Below are positions 1-9,796 of a stretch of DNA of 64,000 bases, one piece after another. Positions within the stretch are counted from its first letter, which is position 1. Every line of letters starts with the position of its first letter. Made by a program: the position numbers and the translations under genes. This DNA comes from an uncultured Bacillales bacterium (GTDB taxonomy: Bacteria; Bacillota_I; Bacilli_A; RFN20; CAG-826). The DNA lies in the NCBI GenBank assembly GCA_937902735.1, contig CALELS010000015.1, forward strand, positions 154,744 to 218,743, read 5' to 3'. The notes below the pieces were generated by a model, which saw nothing but the letters and a program-made list of their open reading frames with translations, was not told where the DNA came from and made no database searches.

Positions 1-27
1 TTCCACACTTTTAATAAACAATATGAA

Positions 28-56
28 ACTATAGTTTAAGTGATTATAATATAACT
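28..56 (+). promoter_or_regulatory. Candidate sigma-A promoter (extended -10 TGaTTATAAT) upstream of first gene
   Basis: Sequence 'gtttaagtgattataatataactg' followed by RBS AAGGAG 7 nt before ATG at 71. Confidence 0.35.
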
Positions 57-70
57 GTTAAGGAGTTATT

Positions 71-1003
71 ATGAATAAAAGTATTAAAACTTTATCACTT
101 ATCAATTTAATTTTAAATATAGCAGGCTCTGTTTTTGGAGTAGTCTATATTCTTACATCCTTATTATTTTTAATAATAGGATTTTGTCAGCCAAGAGGCG
201 CGGTTGAATTTACATTCTTGGCTTATAGGTACCTATTTATTTTTGGTGAAACAGTTCCTCTTCAAGATTCAGGTTTTGTTGGAACGTGTTTCTTAATCGG
301 TTTCCTAGGTATTATTCTTGCTCCAGTAATCGTTGGAAGTCTAACACCTATGATTATGTTCAGCGTTCGCCACTATTTAGCTATTAAAAACGCTAACGAA
401 GAGGATGAACCAAACCAAATGGTGCATAACATTTTTGTACCAGGTGTAATTAATCTTGCTTCTTCTAATCAATTAAGAGGAATTATTGGATTAATTGCCT
501 CTATATTGTCTTTCCCTTCATTAAAGAAAGATGATCAATCCTATATAAGAAATAATCGAGTAAAAACTGCTTCTAATATTTGTAGAACAGTTGATGAATT
601 ATCTATTTGGACTACTGGTGGATCAATATTGTTATCTTTAATCACTTTAGTTTTCTCATTCATCGTATTTGGCAATAGAATGTCCTATATAATTCCAAAT
701 GGTTTTAGAGATGGAAGAATGGTTGCCTTATTTGTTATAAATATCTTACTAATTATTGCTAACATCATTGGAATTATTGCTCACTCTATATTAATTGCTT
801 TATATGTTGTTTCAATGAAACAATCCAAAAAACAATTAGCGTTATTTGACTCTGATGAAAAAGCTGCAATCAAATATTCAATGGTACATTCACTCGTTGT
901 ATCGTTAGTTTCATTATTCTTAAGTGGAATATCTTCTTATACATTTATCTTCCATTTAGTGAAAACATTTATTTCTTCCAAAGCCTTAAAAGAAGTTAAA
1001 TAA
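71..1003 (+). CDS. Hypothetical polytopic membrane protein
   Basis: 310-aa ORF with multiple long hydrophobic segments, good RBS (AAGGAG); no recognisable catalytic motif. Confidence 0.5.
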   Translation: MNKSIKTLSLINLILNIAGSVFGVVYILTSLLFLIIGFCQPRGAVEFTFLAYRYLFIFGETVPLQDSGFVGTCFLIGFLGIILAPVIVGSLTPMIMFSVRHYLAIKNANEEDEPNQMVHNIFVPGVINLASSNQLRGIIGLIASILSFPSLKKDDQSYIRNNRVKTASNICRTVDELSIWTTGGSILLSLITLVFSFIVFGNRMSYIIPNGFRDGRMVALFVINILLIIANIIGIIAHSILIALYVVSMKQSKKQLALFDSDEKAAIKYSMVHSLVVSLVSLFLSGISSYTFIFHLVKTFISSKALKEVK

Positions 1004-1006
1004 AAA

Positions 1007-1642
1007 ATGGAATGGTTTATCCTTCTTGAAATATTCTTACTTGGCATCGGCTTATCTGCCGATGCTTTTTCAGTTGCTCTTACAGATGGATTAACCTATA
1101 TAGATATTAATAAAAGAAAGTCTTTCTTTATTGCTTTTGTATTCGGATTTATGCAGGCTCTAATGCCTTTAATAGGTTATTGGCTTGTTGAATTAATCGA
1201 AGTTCTTGCAGGCACTAAAAGTGGGACTACTCTAGGAGATATTGCTTCTACAATTGTTGCTTGGTCAGCTTTTGCTCTCCTTTTGTTTATTGGTGGCAAA
1301 ATGCTTGTTGAATCAATTATTGAATTAAATAAAAAACAAGAAGATAAAAAAGCAAAACGTTTTTCTATTAAAGAAGTATTATTTTACGGCTTTGCTACTG
1401 CGATTGATGCTTTAGCAGCAGGTGTTGCTATGCATGCAGGACTTAGCAATAACATTACTGTTTGGATCCATGTCTCTATAATCTTTGTTTTAACTTTCTC
1501 TTTATCATTAGTAGGTCTTTTCTTAGGTAAACAAATAATGAAATTATTAAAAGGAAAATACGAAATATCTGGAATTATTGGTGGTGTTATATTGATATTG
1601 CTCGCTATATGGGTTGTAGTTTCCCATTACCTTCACATATAA
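1007..1642 (+). CDS. mntP: Putative manganese efflux pump MntP (DUF204 repeats)
   Basis: Two internal repeats each with the D-A-[FL]-[SA]-V/A-[AG] signature (GLSADAFSVAL and ATAIDALAAGVAM); 6-TM-like hydropathy; ~200 aa as for MntP. Confidence 0.6.
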   Translation: MEWFILLEIFLLGIGLSADAFSVALTDGLTYIDINKRKSFFIAFVFGFMQALMPLIGYWLVELIEVLAGTKSGTTLGDIASTIVAWSAFALLLFIGGKMLVESIIELNKKQEDKKAKRFSIKEVLFYGFATAIDALAAGVAMHAGLSNNITVWIHVSIIFVLTFSLSLVGLFLGKQIMKLLKGKYEISGIIGGVILILLAIWVVVSHYLHI

Positions 1643-1647
1643 AAAAA

Positions 1648-1690
1648 TACCAATCTCGAATTTTAGGGGGAACGTGAGATTGGTATTTGC
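1648..1690 (+). other. 10-bp stem hairpin (TACCAATCTC / GAGATTGGTA) with 18-nt loop, A-run before, no T-run after
   Basis: Inverted repeat read directly; weak as a + strand terminator (no U-tract) but the only structure between mntP and the next gene. Confidence 0.3.
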
Positions 1691-1796
1691 CTTATATCTT
1701 AGGCATAAGATTAATAAATGAAATCACATAATTATTTGAAAAATAATATTTTTCTAGAATTATGCATATAAGTTGTTAATATTGATATAGTTATTT

Positions 1797-2480
1797 ATGA
1801 AGAAAGTATTATTTAATTTTTTAAAAGGTATCTTAGCAGGTCTTGCTATTGGACTTGGGGGACTTTTATATATTTTAATGACAGCATTGTTCACAAACGA
1901 TATTGCTGAAATCGGAAAATTATTAGGTTCCATCTTATTTGCAATTGGTTTATTCCTTGTTTGCACTTTTTCTTTGTCGCTATACACAGGAAAAATAGGT
2001 CTAGTTTACGAGAAAAAGCAAGATAAGATATTTTATATATCTCTTCCAGTAATGCTTCTTGGAAACGCTATTGGAGCATTTGCTTTAGGTTATATCTGTT
2101 ATTTCATCTTTAGAAATGTTGAACCTATATATAACACTGCTAAAGCTGCAGCTAATGCTAGACTCATATTTAATGGACCAATTGATTACATTTTAACTTG
2201 TGTAAAATCATTCCTTTGTGGAGTGTGTGTCTATCTTGCAGTTAAAGCATTTAATTCAAATAGATTAAAACCTATTGGAATATTATTACTTGTATTCTTT
2301 GTATTTTTATTTGTTTATTGTGGATTCCAACACTGTATCGCTAATATGTTCTATTTTGGTATGGCAAATTCACTTTGCTGGCAAATGCCTGTCAATTTAG
2401 TATTAGTTATATTATTTAACTCCTTTGGTCCTATCATCGGAGTGTTACTAGTTAAAGTAATTAAAAACGCTAAAAACTAA
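1797..2480 (+). CDS. Formate/nitrite transporter (FNT) family channel protein
   Basis: Polytopic membrane protein with FNT signature motifs: SLSLYTGK (cf. ELFTGN) and GFQHCIANMFYFG (cf. GFEHSVANMF). Confidence 0.55.
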   Translation: MKKVLFNFLKGILAGLAIGLGGLLYILMTALFTNDIAEIGKLLGSILFAIGLFLVCTFSLSLYTGKIGLVYEKKQDKIFYISLPVMLLGNAIGAFALGYICYFIFRNVEPIYNTAKAAANARLIFNGPIDYILTCVKSFLCGVCVYLAVKAFNSNRLKPIGILLLVFFVFLFVYCGFQHCIANMFYFGMANSLCWQMPVNLVLVILFNSFGPIIGVLLVKVIKNAKN

Positions 2481-2989
2481 TCAAATAGTTTAGATAACTT
2501 AAGCAAATAAAGCTCATTATTCTTTTGCTTATGTTTTTTAGAAGTAAATACTTCTTTCCAGAAAATAGATTTATCTGCTAACGTGAGGATACGTGCTTCT
2601 TTTGTATCTGGGAATAAAGTGATGTTAAAAGGCCACATATGTCTTCTTATGATATCTTTTACATCATCTTCAATATTAAAGTCTCTAGAGGCGTTATTTA
2701 TAGATACTTCAGGATGTTTCTTACAATGAGACATCCTTTTATCTTTTTCAATCCTCCAATCATAAAGATAATAGTCATGAAGAATAGATCCTAATAATAA
2801 AGTCTTAAGATTAACATTCTTGTGTCTTAATCCTCTTTTGACTGCAAGTTTAGCAACTTTAAAAGAATGAATATAACAATTAGAACCTCGATGCATTGGA
2901 ATTGTTTGCATTTTTAAAATTCTTTCATCTTTGAATAATGATGAATAGATTTCTTCAAGTTCTAATTTTTCCTTATTATTTATATTCAT
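2477..2989 (-). CDS. HD-domain phosphohydrolase
   Basis: H...HD metal-binding motif (IHSFKVAKLA ... ILHDY) and downstream D; 170 aa. Confidence 0.5.
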   Translation of the reverse strand: MNINNKEKLELEEIYSSLFKDERILKMQTIPMHRGSNCYIHSFKVAKLAVKRGLRHKNVNLKTLLLGSILHDYYLYDWRIEKDKRMSHCKKHPEVSINNASRDFNIEDDVKDIIRRHMWPFNITLFPDTKEARILTLADKSIFWKEVFTSKKHKQKNNELYLLKLSKLFD

Positions 2990-4353
2990 TAATTTAATAT
3001 AGTTGGATCTTTAAACATATATATCTTCCATTGCATATATGTAACTTTGTTATATGTCACTTGATCTTGTTGATAAAGTGAATAGAAGATTGTAACAGTT
3101 TTATTATCGGTAAAATAACTATCATCAATATTTGGCCAATCATAATTATCATTATTAAATCTTGCATAATAACGTGACGCTGCAACTTGATTTGATGAAG
3201 GGGAAGTTGAGTAATATTGATCTCCGCATATTTCCTCATTAGATGAATTATTAATGTAATCAAAATATACAGTACTTTTATATACATATTGGAATGAAGA
3301 TAGATAATCTGGATATCTCCTATAATCCTTATCATCTAATTTAGGACGTTTAATATTAAATGTTTCTTTAATAGTGATATCTTTATAACTTTCATATGGA
3401 TCATCAACACTTACATCACTTTTAAGTTTATAATCAAGCACTCTAAGGGATGGTTTCCATTGATTGGTGGAAGTAAGTCCTGTGATATCATAGACACTTC
3501 CAACTGTAAATGTGGTGTTAGATATAAAGTCATACACTCCCATAATTTTCTTAGTTGAATCGGTAAATATCCAAGAATTGTTATCTGCTTTGCCAATGCA
3601 CTTAAGATCTTCCATTTTATGGATATAACCAATTCCTTGCCCTTTAGCGTTATAATCTGCTTCATTATTTACTACATTGTAGAATGAAGGAATAGAATCG
3701 ATATAACTAGTTGATAATTTATCTAAATCATAGGTGACTTCTAATTTTTCATCCCAAGTGAATGATTCACAAACAACTTCAGGTTGTCCACGATATAATC
3801 CAATTTTTCCTTTAATTATGTACTTTGAATTATGTTTTTGTTTATTATTTGAAAAAGATTGATACAAAGTATTTTGAGACTGGCTACCTGGTTGACTTGC
3901 AACAAAAATATAGCCTGTTTCATCAGCCACTAAAACTTTCATTTGTGGGGTATGATTCGCACTATTAGCTTTAGTATCTATTGAATCTATTGCTTGACCA
4001 ACAAATTCTACTTCAATTTCACTAGTAGTGATTTTAATATCATCAGTAGCAGGTGTTAATTTATTACATAACTCTTTAATCTCTTTAATAGTTTTAATAG
4101 TAGTTACTGGAGTTGGTGGAGTTGGAGGAGGATCTTCATGTGGTGGATCTTCTTCTTCATCTCCTCCTTCATCTGGAGGATTTACATCACCTTCGCCTTC
4201 ACTGCCTTCTCCTTCTCCTTCACTAGGAGTTTGTTCTCCCTCTGATTCACCTTCATCATCTTGATGAGGAATAGGAGTAACATCTTCCTGAGTTGGAAGA
4301 TTACAACCACTAAGGAGTAATGGAATTAGTAAAAACAATATATTTTTCTTCAT
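2989..4353 (-). CDS. Lipoprotein with acidic Gly/Glu-rich and Pro/Thr-rich linker, unknown function
   Basis: Start moved to internal ATG at 4353 (MKKNILFLLIPLLLSGC: lipobox LSGC). Mature protein begins with GESEGE...PPPTPPTP low-complexity linker, then a globular domain. Confidence 0.6.
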   Translation of the reverse strand: MKKNILFLLIPLLLSGCNLPTQEDVTPIPHQDDEGESEGEQTPSEGEGEGSEGEGDVNPPDEGGDEEEDPPHEDPPPTPPTPVTTIKTIKEIKELCNKLTPATDDIKITTSEIEVEFVGQAIDSIDTKANSANHTPQMKVLVADETGYIFVASQPGSQSQNTLYQSFSNNKQKHNSKYIIKGKIGLYRGQPEVVCESFTWDEKLEVTYDLDKLSTSYIDSIPSFYNVVNNEADYNAKGQGIGYIHKMEDLKCIGKADNNSWIFTDSTKKIMGVYDFISNTTFTVGSVYDITGLTSTNQWKPSLRVLDYKLKSDVSVDDPYESYKDITIKETFNIKRPKLDDKDYRRYPDYLSSFQYVYKSTVYFDYINNSSNEEICGDQYYSTSPSSNQVAASRYYARFNNDNYDWPNIDDSYFTDNKTVTIFYSLYQQDQVTYNKVTYMQWKIYMFKDPTILN

Positions 4354-4389
4354 AACATTAATTTTAATATCTTGAAGATATTTTTGAAA

Positions 4390-4436
4390 CAATATTGCAT
4401 AAAAAAGCGACACAATTCAAATTGGTCGCTTAATAT
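4390..4436 (-). terminator. Intrinsic terminator downstream of HIT gene
   Basis: Stem AAGCGAC/GTCGCTT followed by U-run on minus strand. Confidence 0.4.
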
Positions 4437-4455
4437 AAGAAATATAGATACCTAA

Positions 4456-4875
4456 CTACATTCCTTTTCTAACAATTTCGGCTATTAAAGGAAGATTTAA
4501 GTCTTTCTCGTTGTTTTCCTTCATTGTAATTTCAAAGCCTTCTTTTTTGGCGTATCTAGGGATTACATGAACATGGAAGTGATAAACGCTTTGACCTGCT
4601 TCTTTATTAACATTAGTTAAGACATTAACTCCTTTAGCACCTAAAACAGCAATATCAGCCTGACCAATGCGTTGAGCAACATCCATAACCTTATGCATTG
4701 TTTCTTTATCTACTGCTAAGAAGTTATCAAAATGTTCCTTTGGAATAACTAATGCATGACCTTTAGTAGTTTGTGATATATCTAAGAATGCAATCACATC
4801 ATCATCTTCATATATTGTGCTTGAAGGTATCTCATGATTAGCAATCTTACAAAATATGCAATCATCTTTTTTCAT
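4456..4875 (-). CDS. HIT-family (histidine triad) nucleotide hydrolase
   Basis: C-x-F-C N-terminal motif and HFHVHVIP histidine triad; RBS AAGGAG. Confidence 0.85.
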   Translation of the reverse strand: MKKDDCIFCKIANHEIPSSTIYEDDDVIAFLDISQTTKGHALVIPKEHFDNFLAVDKETMHKVMDVAQRIGQADIAVLGAKGVNVLTNVNKEAGQSVYHFHVHVIPRYAKKEGFEITMKENNEKDLNLPLIAEIVRKGM

Positions 4876-4892
4876 AATTAATTTCTCCTTAA

Positions 4893-4918
4893 AAGAAAGG
4901 AGGGCGTAAACCCTCCTA
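4893..4918 (-). terminator. Intrinsic terminator after upstream lipoprotein gene
   Basis: Minus strand AGGAGGG-TTTACG-CCCTCCT followed by TTTCTTTT. Confidence 0.55.
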
Positions 4919-4924
4919 AATCAA

Positions 4925-6763
4925 TTATTCGAATAAATCAGGGAATTGTTCCTTGAAGTAATCAAGAAGTCCTTGATCGTGGTATGTAAGAGTGTACATT
5001 TCAACATATTCAGCATATGCCTTATTGGAATATGAATCTTTATTTGAAAGTTGTCTTACAATTTCGAAAGCCATTCTTTCAGTGAATAATGGGTCGTCTT
5101 TATGTTCGTCCATCTTTGAATAACCATCTTCAATGCTTAGTCTAGCAGTTGATGGAGCTTCGTTAACAATAACCATATAGTAGTTGGTTCCATCAACGAT
5201 AATCATGTTATAAGCAAAGCTTGCTCTTTCATACTTATCAGGAATCAAATAGTAGTTATCGTTAATATTACGAACATATTTCTTTGTTTGATCAAAGTTT
5301 GCAGCATATTGTTCAGTTGGCTTTGTAGTTTCCTTTTCAACTTTATATGTTGATTGAGTGGCTTGTGTATCAAGGTTACGGGAAGTAATGATGTTAAAGA
5401 GACGTCCACGAATTGATTCACTTGGATAGTCACTTAAACCACCATTTTTAACAAACCAACCTTCTTTTCTGAATTCTTCTTCGCTAACCTTAGCGAGTTC
5501 TTTCTTAAATCCAACTTCTTTTGGATAAGAGTTAGAACCAGTAAAGAGGCTTAAAGCACTTGAATATTTACCAGAAGCACCTTCTTCACCGTCTGGGTAA
5601 CGATTACCATCGATTTCATCGTTGTTAACGAGTTGCCATTTATCGAGAAGAATACCTAATTTAGTTTCACTAAAGTATGGAATTGTATCTTCGACTTCAT
5701 CACCACTCTCTTCATCAGTATGAGTGCCAACAACGAAATTTTTCTTAACTAAACCAGCTTTTTCAAGGATTGCAATTTCGTTTTTATCTAACGGAACAAT
5801 ATTTCCATTTTTGCCTAAACCTTTAAATCCTCTCCAAGCATTTTCGAGGTTTTCGAGATTGAGATTAGTAATGTTTGCGACTTCTTTATAGACAGCAAGG
5901 TCAACGTATGCACGCATAACTGCATATGGAACAGTTTGATAAGCAACATCATCGCTTGGTGCACTTAATTTAATTGTTTCAATGTTACGAGCATAGGTTC
6001 TACCTAAAGTTGAATAATAGTTTGTGTAGATATATTCTTCGACAATCTTCTCTTTTAGGATTTCTGGAAGAAGTTTGCGATTAATATAATCTTTGTAATA
6101 TTTCATTGAGATAACGCCAGAAACATCTTCTTTAGTTAAAGGTGTAGCAAGTGCAGTTAGATAACCTTTGAAGAAAGGTGTCTCATTATCTGCACGTGTA
6201 ATAGCGACATCATAGAAGTCAGCATATTTAGCATATGCATATTTGAGTTCAGAGAACTCTGAATCGGTTGAATAAGATGAAGATGTAATTTCGTCATAGA
6301 ATTGTTTGTTAAGACGTTTCATCATGTCATCATACATTTCTTTGACACGAGCAGCTTTGATTTCATCTTCGGTTTTACCAGTGCTAGTAGCAAGAGTAGC
6401 ATCATCTTCGCGGACATAAATTTTCTTATGTTCATTAGCAAATGCAACTTTTTCTTCGGCAGATTTATTGTTTAAAGCGAGGAGTTCATCATAAGATGAG
6501 AAGCCGAATTCTAATTTAGCTGTATGTTCTAAGAATTTTTGTAAAACACGATCATTTTCGCCTTTGGCGATTGCATCGTAGAGTTCACTCATTAAGTTCT
6601 TGTAAACATCAACTTTTTCTTTTGCTTCACCTTCACCAGTGAAAAGGATAGCGTCATCGCTGAACTTTGGAGCAACTTCAATATCGCTACAACCTGCTAA
6701 CATGCCTACGCATGAAAGAGCAAATAAAGCAGTAATAACTTTTTTATTTTTGAGTTGGGACAT
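4925..6763 (-). CDS. Large lipoprotein, unknown function (paralogous C-terminal region with next gene)
   Basis: Start set to ATG 6763 (RBS GAAGGAG 9 nt upstream; track start 6772 is a GTG abutting the RBS). Signal MSQLKNKKVITALFALSCVGMLAGC has a lipobox; overlaps upstream gene by 20 nt. Confidence 0.6.
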   Translation of the reverse strand: MSQLKNKKVITALFALSCVGMLAGCSDIEVAPKFSDDAILFTGEGEAKEKVDVYKNLMSELYDAIAKGENDRVLQKFLEHTAKLEFGFSSYDELLALNNKSAEEKVAFANEHKKIYVREDDATLATSTGKTEDEIKAARVKEMYDDMMKRLNKQFYDEITSSSYSTDSEFSELKYAYAKYADFYDVAITRADNETPFFKGYLTALATPLTKEDVSGVISMKYYKDYINRKLLPEILKEKIVEEYIYTNYYSTLGRTYARNIETIKLSAPSDDVAYQTVPYAVMRAYVDLAVYKEVANITNLNLENLENAWRGFKGLGKNGNIVPLDKNEIAILEKAGLVKKNFVVGTHTDEESGDEVEDTIPYFSETKLGILLDKWQLVNNDEIDGNRYPDGEEGASGKYSSALSLFTGSNSYPKEVGFKKELAKVSEEEFRKEGWFVKNGGLSDYPSESIRGRLFNIITSRNLDTQATQSTYKVEKETTKPTEQYAANFDQTKKYVRNINDNYYLIPDKYERASFAYNMIIVDGTNYYMVIVNEAPSTARLSIEDGYSKMDEHKDDPLFTERMAFEIVRQLSNKDSYSNKAYAEYVEMYTLTYHDQGLLDYFKEQFPDLFE

Positions 6764-8714
6764 AGCAAGCACCTCCTTCTACAGTCCAGTTAGCACCTTT
6801 AGAACTGTTTTTAGTTGTAAAGCCAATAGCGCAAGCTTCAGAAACAAGTTTACGTCTTTCGACTTTTTGTTGATTTAATGTATTAATATAGCTTTCCCAG
6901 GTTTCTTCCCAAGTATTAGCTGTATTAAATAATGAGTTGTTACGGTCTCTTTCAATCCATTCATTGATTTGAGCACCTAAATCATATTCAACCTCTTTTC
7001 CTTCAACAGTCGTGACTTTAATTTTGCCAATGCTAAGTTTTTGTCTTTCAACGTATTTGGAATAGATTAATTTATTAAGATTTGAAGAATCAAAATTTTT
7101 AATCTTTCCTTCAACTGTTTGAGCACGGCTCATTAAGTCTTGTTCTTTTTGGTTAAGGAAGTTGACATAGGAGTTGGCAACGAATTTTGGATCGTCTTTC
7201 TTATAGACAACAGAGTAGTAATCGCTTAATGGATTAGCTTCAGTGTCAACAAGACCACTTCTTTCAACGACCATAAAGTGGACGCCTTTATAATCGCTTG
7301 TACCTGCACGGACAACTAAGATAGGTTTTCCATCTTTTGTGCAGAGAACTTTTTGCTTGATTGGGTCGCCAGATGTTTCATCATAATCAATGATGACATC
7401 TTGGAAACCTTTCATTCCAACAAATGTATCACTTAATTTTCCAACGGTATTTTCTTTAGCAAAATCAAAAGTGTCTTCAGTGACTTCATCATCATTTGCT
7501 GGAATATCGTATGGAGTAATGAATGCGACATTGTGTCTATTTAAATACTTATTATAAATAACGTTTCTTGGATAGAAAGCTGAGTTGTTTTCGTTAACAA
7601 CTTCACCAATAGATGTATTGGTTGTGGTTGCCCATTTGTTCATGGCAATGAATGCACCATAAGGAATAGTAGCAATCTTACCAGCAGCGTCTCCACCTAA
7701 GTCTTTTTTAGCGGCGTTACGTTCGTAGGTAACAGCTTGGGCGTACTTACCAGCAATATCTAAACCTTTTTGACCAACGATATCTTTGTATTTGAAGTTG
7801 GCAGCATGTGTAGCATTGTAATCAATTGAGATTTCACTTGCTTTTGCTTCCTCTTGATTTGCGCCGTATAAGTTTTCGTAAGCGTAGATACCTAACTTAA
7901 ATTCGTTAACGTAGCTTGTATCTTTATCTACGATTTCAAGTTCACCATAGTTAGCGGCTGAACCATCGGAGAATTCACTTGAGTTTTGAGCGATTTGACC
8001 AAAGTCAAGTTGTCCTTCAGCGAGTGATCTAGCAACTGTAAGTAAGTTCTTAGCATCTTTATCGTTAATTGTATCGTTCCAATATGCATCATTAGATGTG
8101 GAACCATCAAACTTAACCAAGATGTGACGAACGTGGTATGGAACTTTTCTTTCAAGATAACCACTGAAATCTTTTGTGCTTTCAGCTTTGTGATCACGAA
8201 GATATTCGATACCTGTCTTATCACCAAAGATGGTTTTGTTATCGTAGAATTGTTTTTCAAATTCTGTTTTTTCTCTGTCGTAAATGAAGTGTTCGAGTAA
8301 TTCTTCTTCATCTTCGCAAGAGTAACTTTCGAGTAATTTATCAAATTCCTCTGAATAGCTCGTCTTATTTGATTCAGCATTCTTCTTTGCAGTGGTACGA
8401 ACACCTTCGACATCGTTTTCAGCGTCCTTTTTGATGTCGGTGTATTTGCTCTTACCAGCATCTTCTACCTTGAAGTAATTGCGGATAATTAATGAGTAGA
8501 CCTTATCAAACATTGAAGCAATGCTTGAAGATTGGGTGAAATAACTACCGAATAATTCTTCAGAAGTATAGTGGAATGTTGTACCGGACGAGTTTGTATA
8601 GGTTAATACATATCCTTCGGAAGAAGCTTTTGGTTTGACTTGGCTACAGCTAGCTAAAGCGGCAACACTTGCAAGACCTGCAACTATTCCGAGGCTAATT
8701 TTAGATTTTTTCAT
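6744..8714 (-). CDS. Large lipoprotein, possible parvulin-like (PpiC) foldase domain
   Basis: Start at internal ATG 8714 with perfect RBS AGGAGG 7 nt upstream. Signal MKKSKISLGIVAGLASVAALASC has a lipobox; motif VPYHVRHILVKF resembles the parvulin PPIase signature; C-terminal region resembles the downstream lipoprotein. Confidence 0.55.
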   Translation of the reverse strand: MKKSKISLGIVAGLASVAALASCSQVKPKASSEGYVLTYTNSSGTTFHYTSEELFGSYFTQSSSIASMFDKVYSLIIRNYFKVEDAGKSKYTDIKKDAENDVEGVRTTAKKNAESNKTSYSEEFDKLLESYSCEDEEELLEHFIYDREKTEFEKQFYDNKTIFGDKTGIEYLRDHKAESTKDFSGYLERKVPYHVRHILVKFDGSTSNDAYWNDTINDKDAKNLLTVARSLAEGQLDFGQIAQNSSEFSDGSAANYGELEIVDKDTSYVNEFKLGIYAYENLYGANQEEAKASEISIDYNATHAANFKYKDIVGQKGLDIAGKYAQAVTYERNAAKKDLGGDAAGKIATIPYGAFIAMNKWATTTNTSIGEVVNENNSAFYPRNVIYNKYLNRHNVAFITPYDIPANDDEVTEDTFDFAKENTVGKLSDTFVGMKGFQDVIIDYDETSGDPIKQKVLCTKDGKPILVVRAGTSDYKGVHFMVVERSGLVDTEANPLSDYYSVVYKKDDPKFVANSYVNFLNQKEQDLMSRAQTVEGKIKNFDSSNLNKLIYSKYVERQKLSIGKIKVTTVEGKEVEYDLGAQINEWIERDRNNSLFNTANTWEETWESYINTLNQQKVERRKLVSEACAIGFTTKNSSKGANWTVEGGACYVPTQK

Positions 8715-8975
8715 ATGAAACCTATTTCCTCCTTTAAACATAACGTTAACAATTCTATTACTTTGCTTGTATAAATACAACAAGAAAATATCAAAGAAAA
8801 TTGAGGCAATGTTTTATTTATAAAAAAGATTATTTATGGAAAATACACCGAAATGATTGGCAAAATGATAGAGTAAAGTTTCTAATCATTTGAAAAATGA
8901 GTAATTTTATAGGTAATATCGTTTGTAAATATTTTTTGTGGTGATTAGAATATTTACGTTTCAAGGAGAAAAGGT

Positions 8976-9794
8976 ATGGCAAAACTCGTTATTAAAAATC
9001 TCCATGTTTCCGTTGGAAATAAAGAAATATTAAAAGGATTAGATTTTGAATTTGAATCAACAGAATCTATCGCTCTTTTAGGTCCAAATGGTAATGGTAA
9101 ATCAACCCTTCTTCAAACAATTATGGGTAATCCAAATTATGTTATTACAGAAGGCACAATTGAATTTGATGGAGTAGATATTACTTCTATAGAAGTAAAT
9201 GAACGTTCAAAACTAGGAATTTTCTTAGGAATGCAAAATCCATCGGAAGTTCCGGGAGTCAATAATAGTGATTTCTTAAAAGCAAGTTTGAACACCCATC
9301 GAGAAAAGCCAATTTCTTTATTTGAATTTTATAAACTTTTAGATAATGCCTACCAAAAAACTCATATTCCTTTTGAAATGTCTAATCGTAATTTGAATGA
9401 AGGTTTTTCTGGTGGAGAAAAAAAGAAAAACGAAATACTACAAATGCTAGTTTTAAATCCAAGACTTGTCATGCTTGATGAAATTGATTCTGGTCTTGAT
9501 GTAGACGCTATTCAAATTGTGGCAAACATAATTAAAGAAAAGCAAAGTGAAGGAAAAGGATTCTTGGTCGTTTCTCACTATGCAAGACTTTATGATCTTA
9601 TTAATATTGACCGTGCAGCAATTCTAATTAATGGAAAAATTGCAACTATTGGTGGTCGTGAATTAATTAAGAAAATCGATGAGCAAGGATATGAATGGAT
9701 CAAAACTGAACTCGGTATTGAAATTGAAAAAGAACAAACTATGTCAAATGTATCTTTAGGTACATGTGCTACAAAGGTCGCTCTTAAAAAATAA
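8976..9794 (+). CDS. sufC: Fe-S cluster assembly ATPase SufC
   Basis: Walker A GPNGNGKST, ABC signature FSGGEKKK, D-loop MLDEIDSGLD; first gene of the suf cluster. Confidence 0.85.
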   Translation: MAKLVIKNLHVSVGNKEILKGLDFEFESTESIALLGPNGNGKSTLLQTIMGNPNYVITEGTIEFDGVDITSIEVNERSKLGIFLGMQNPSEVPGVNNSDFLKASLNTHREKPISLFEFYKLLDNAYQKTHIPFEMSNRNLNEGFSGGEKKKNEILQMLVLNPRLVMLDEIDSGLDVDAIQIVANIIKEKQSEGKGFLVVSHYARLYDLINIDRAAILINGKIATIGGRELIKKIDEQGYEWIKTELGIEIEKEQTMSNVSLGTCATKVALKK

Positions 9795-9796
9795 AT

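Noticed and set aside
1760-1987. Minus-strand 75-aa ORF overlapping the FNT gene start
   Set aside because: Overlaps a better-supported plus-strand gene; Asn/Ile-rich nonsense translation
3057-3665. Minus-strand out-of-frame ORFs (92 and 84 aa) inside the lipoprotein gene
   Set aside because: Nested in a longer, better-supported same-strand ORF; AT-rich frame artefacts
4028-4264. Plus-strand 78-aa Gly/Ser/Pro-rich ORF
   Set aside because: Antisense of the acidic low-complexity linker of the lipoprotein gene; compositional artefact
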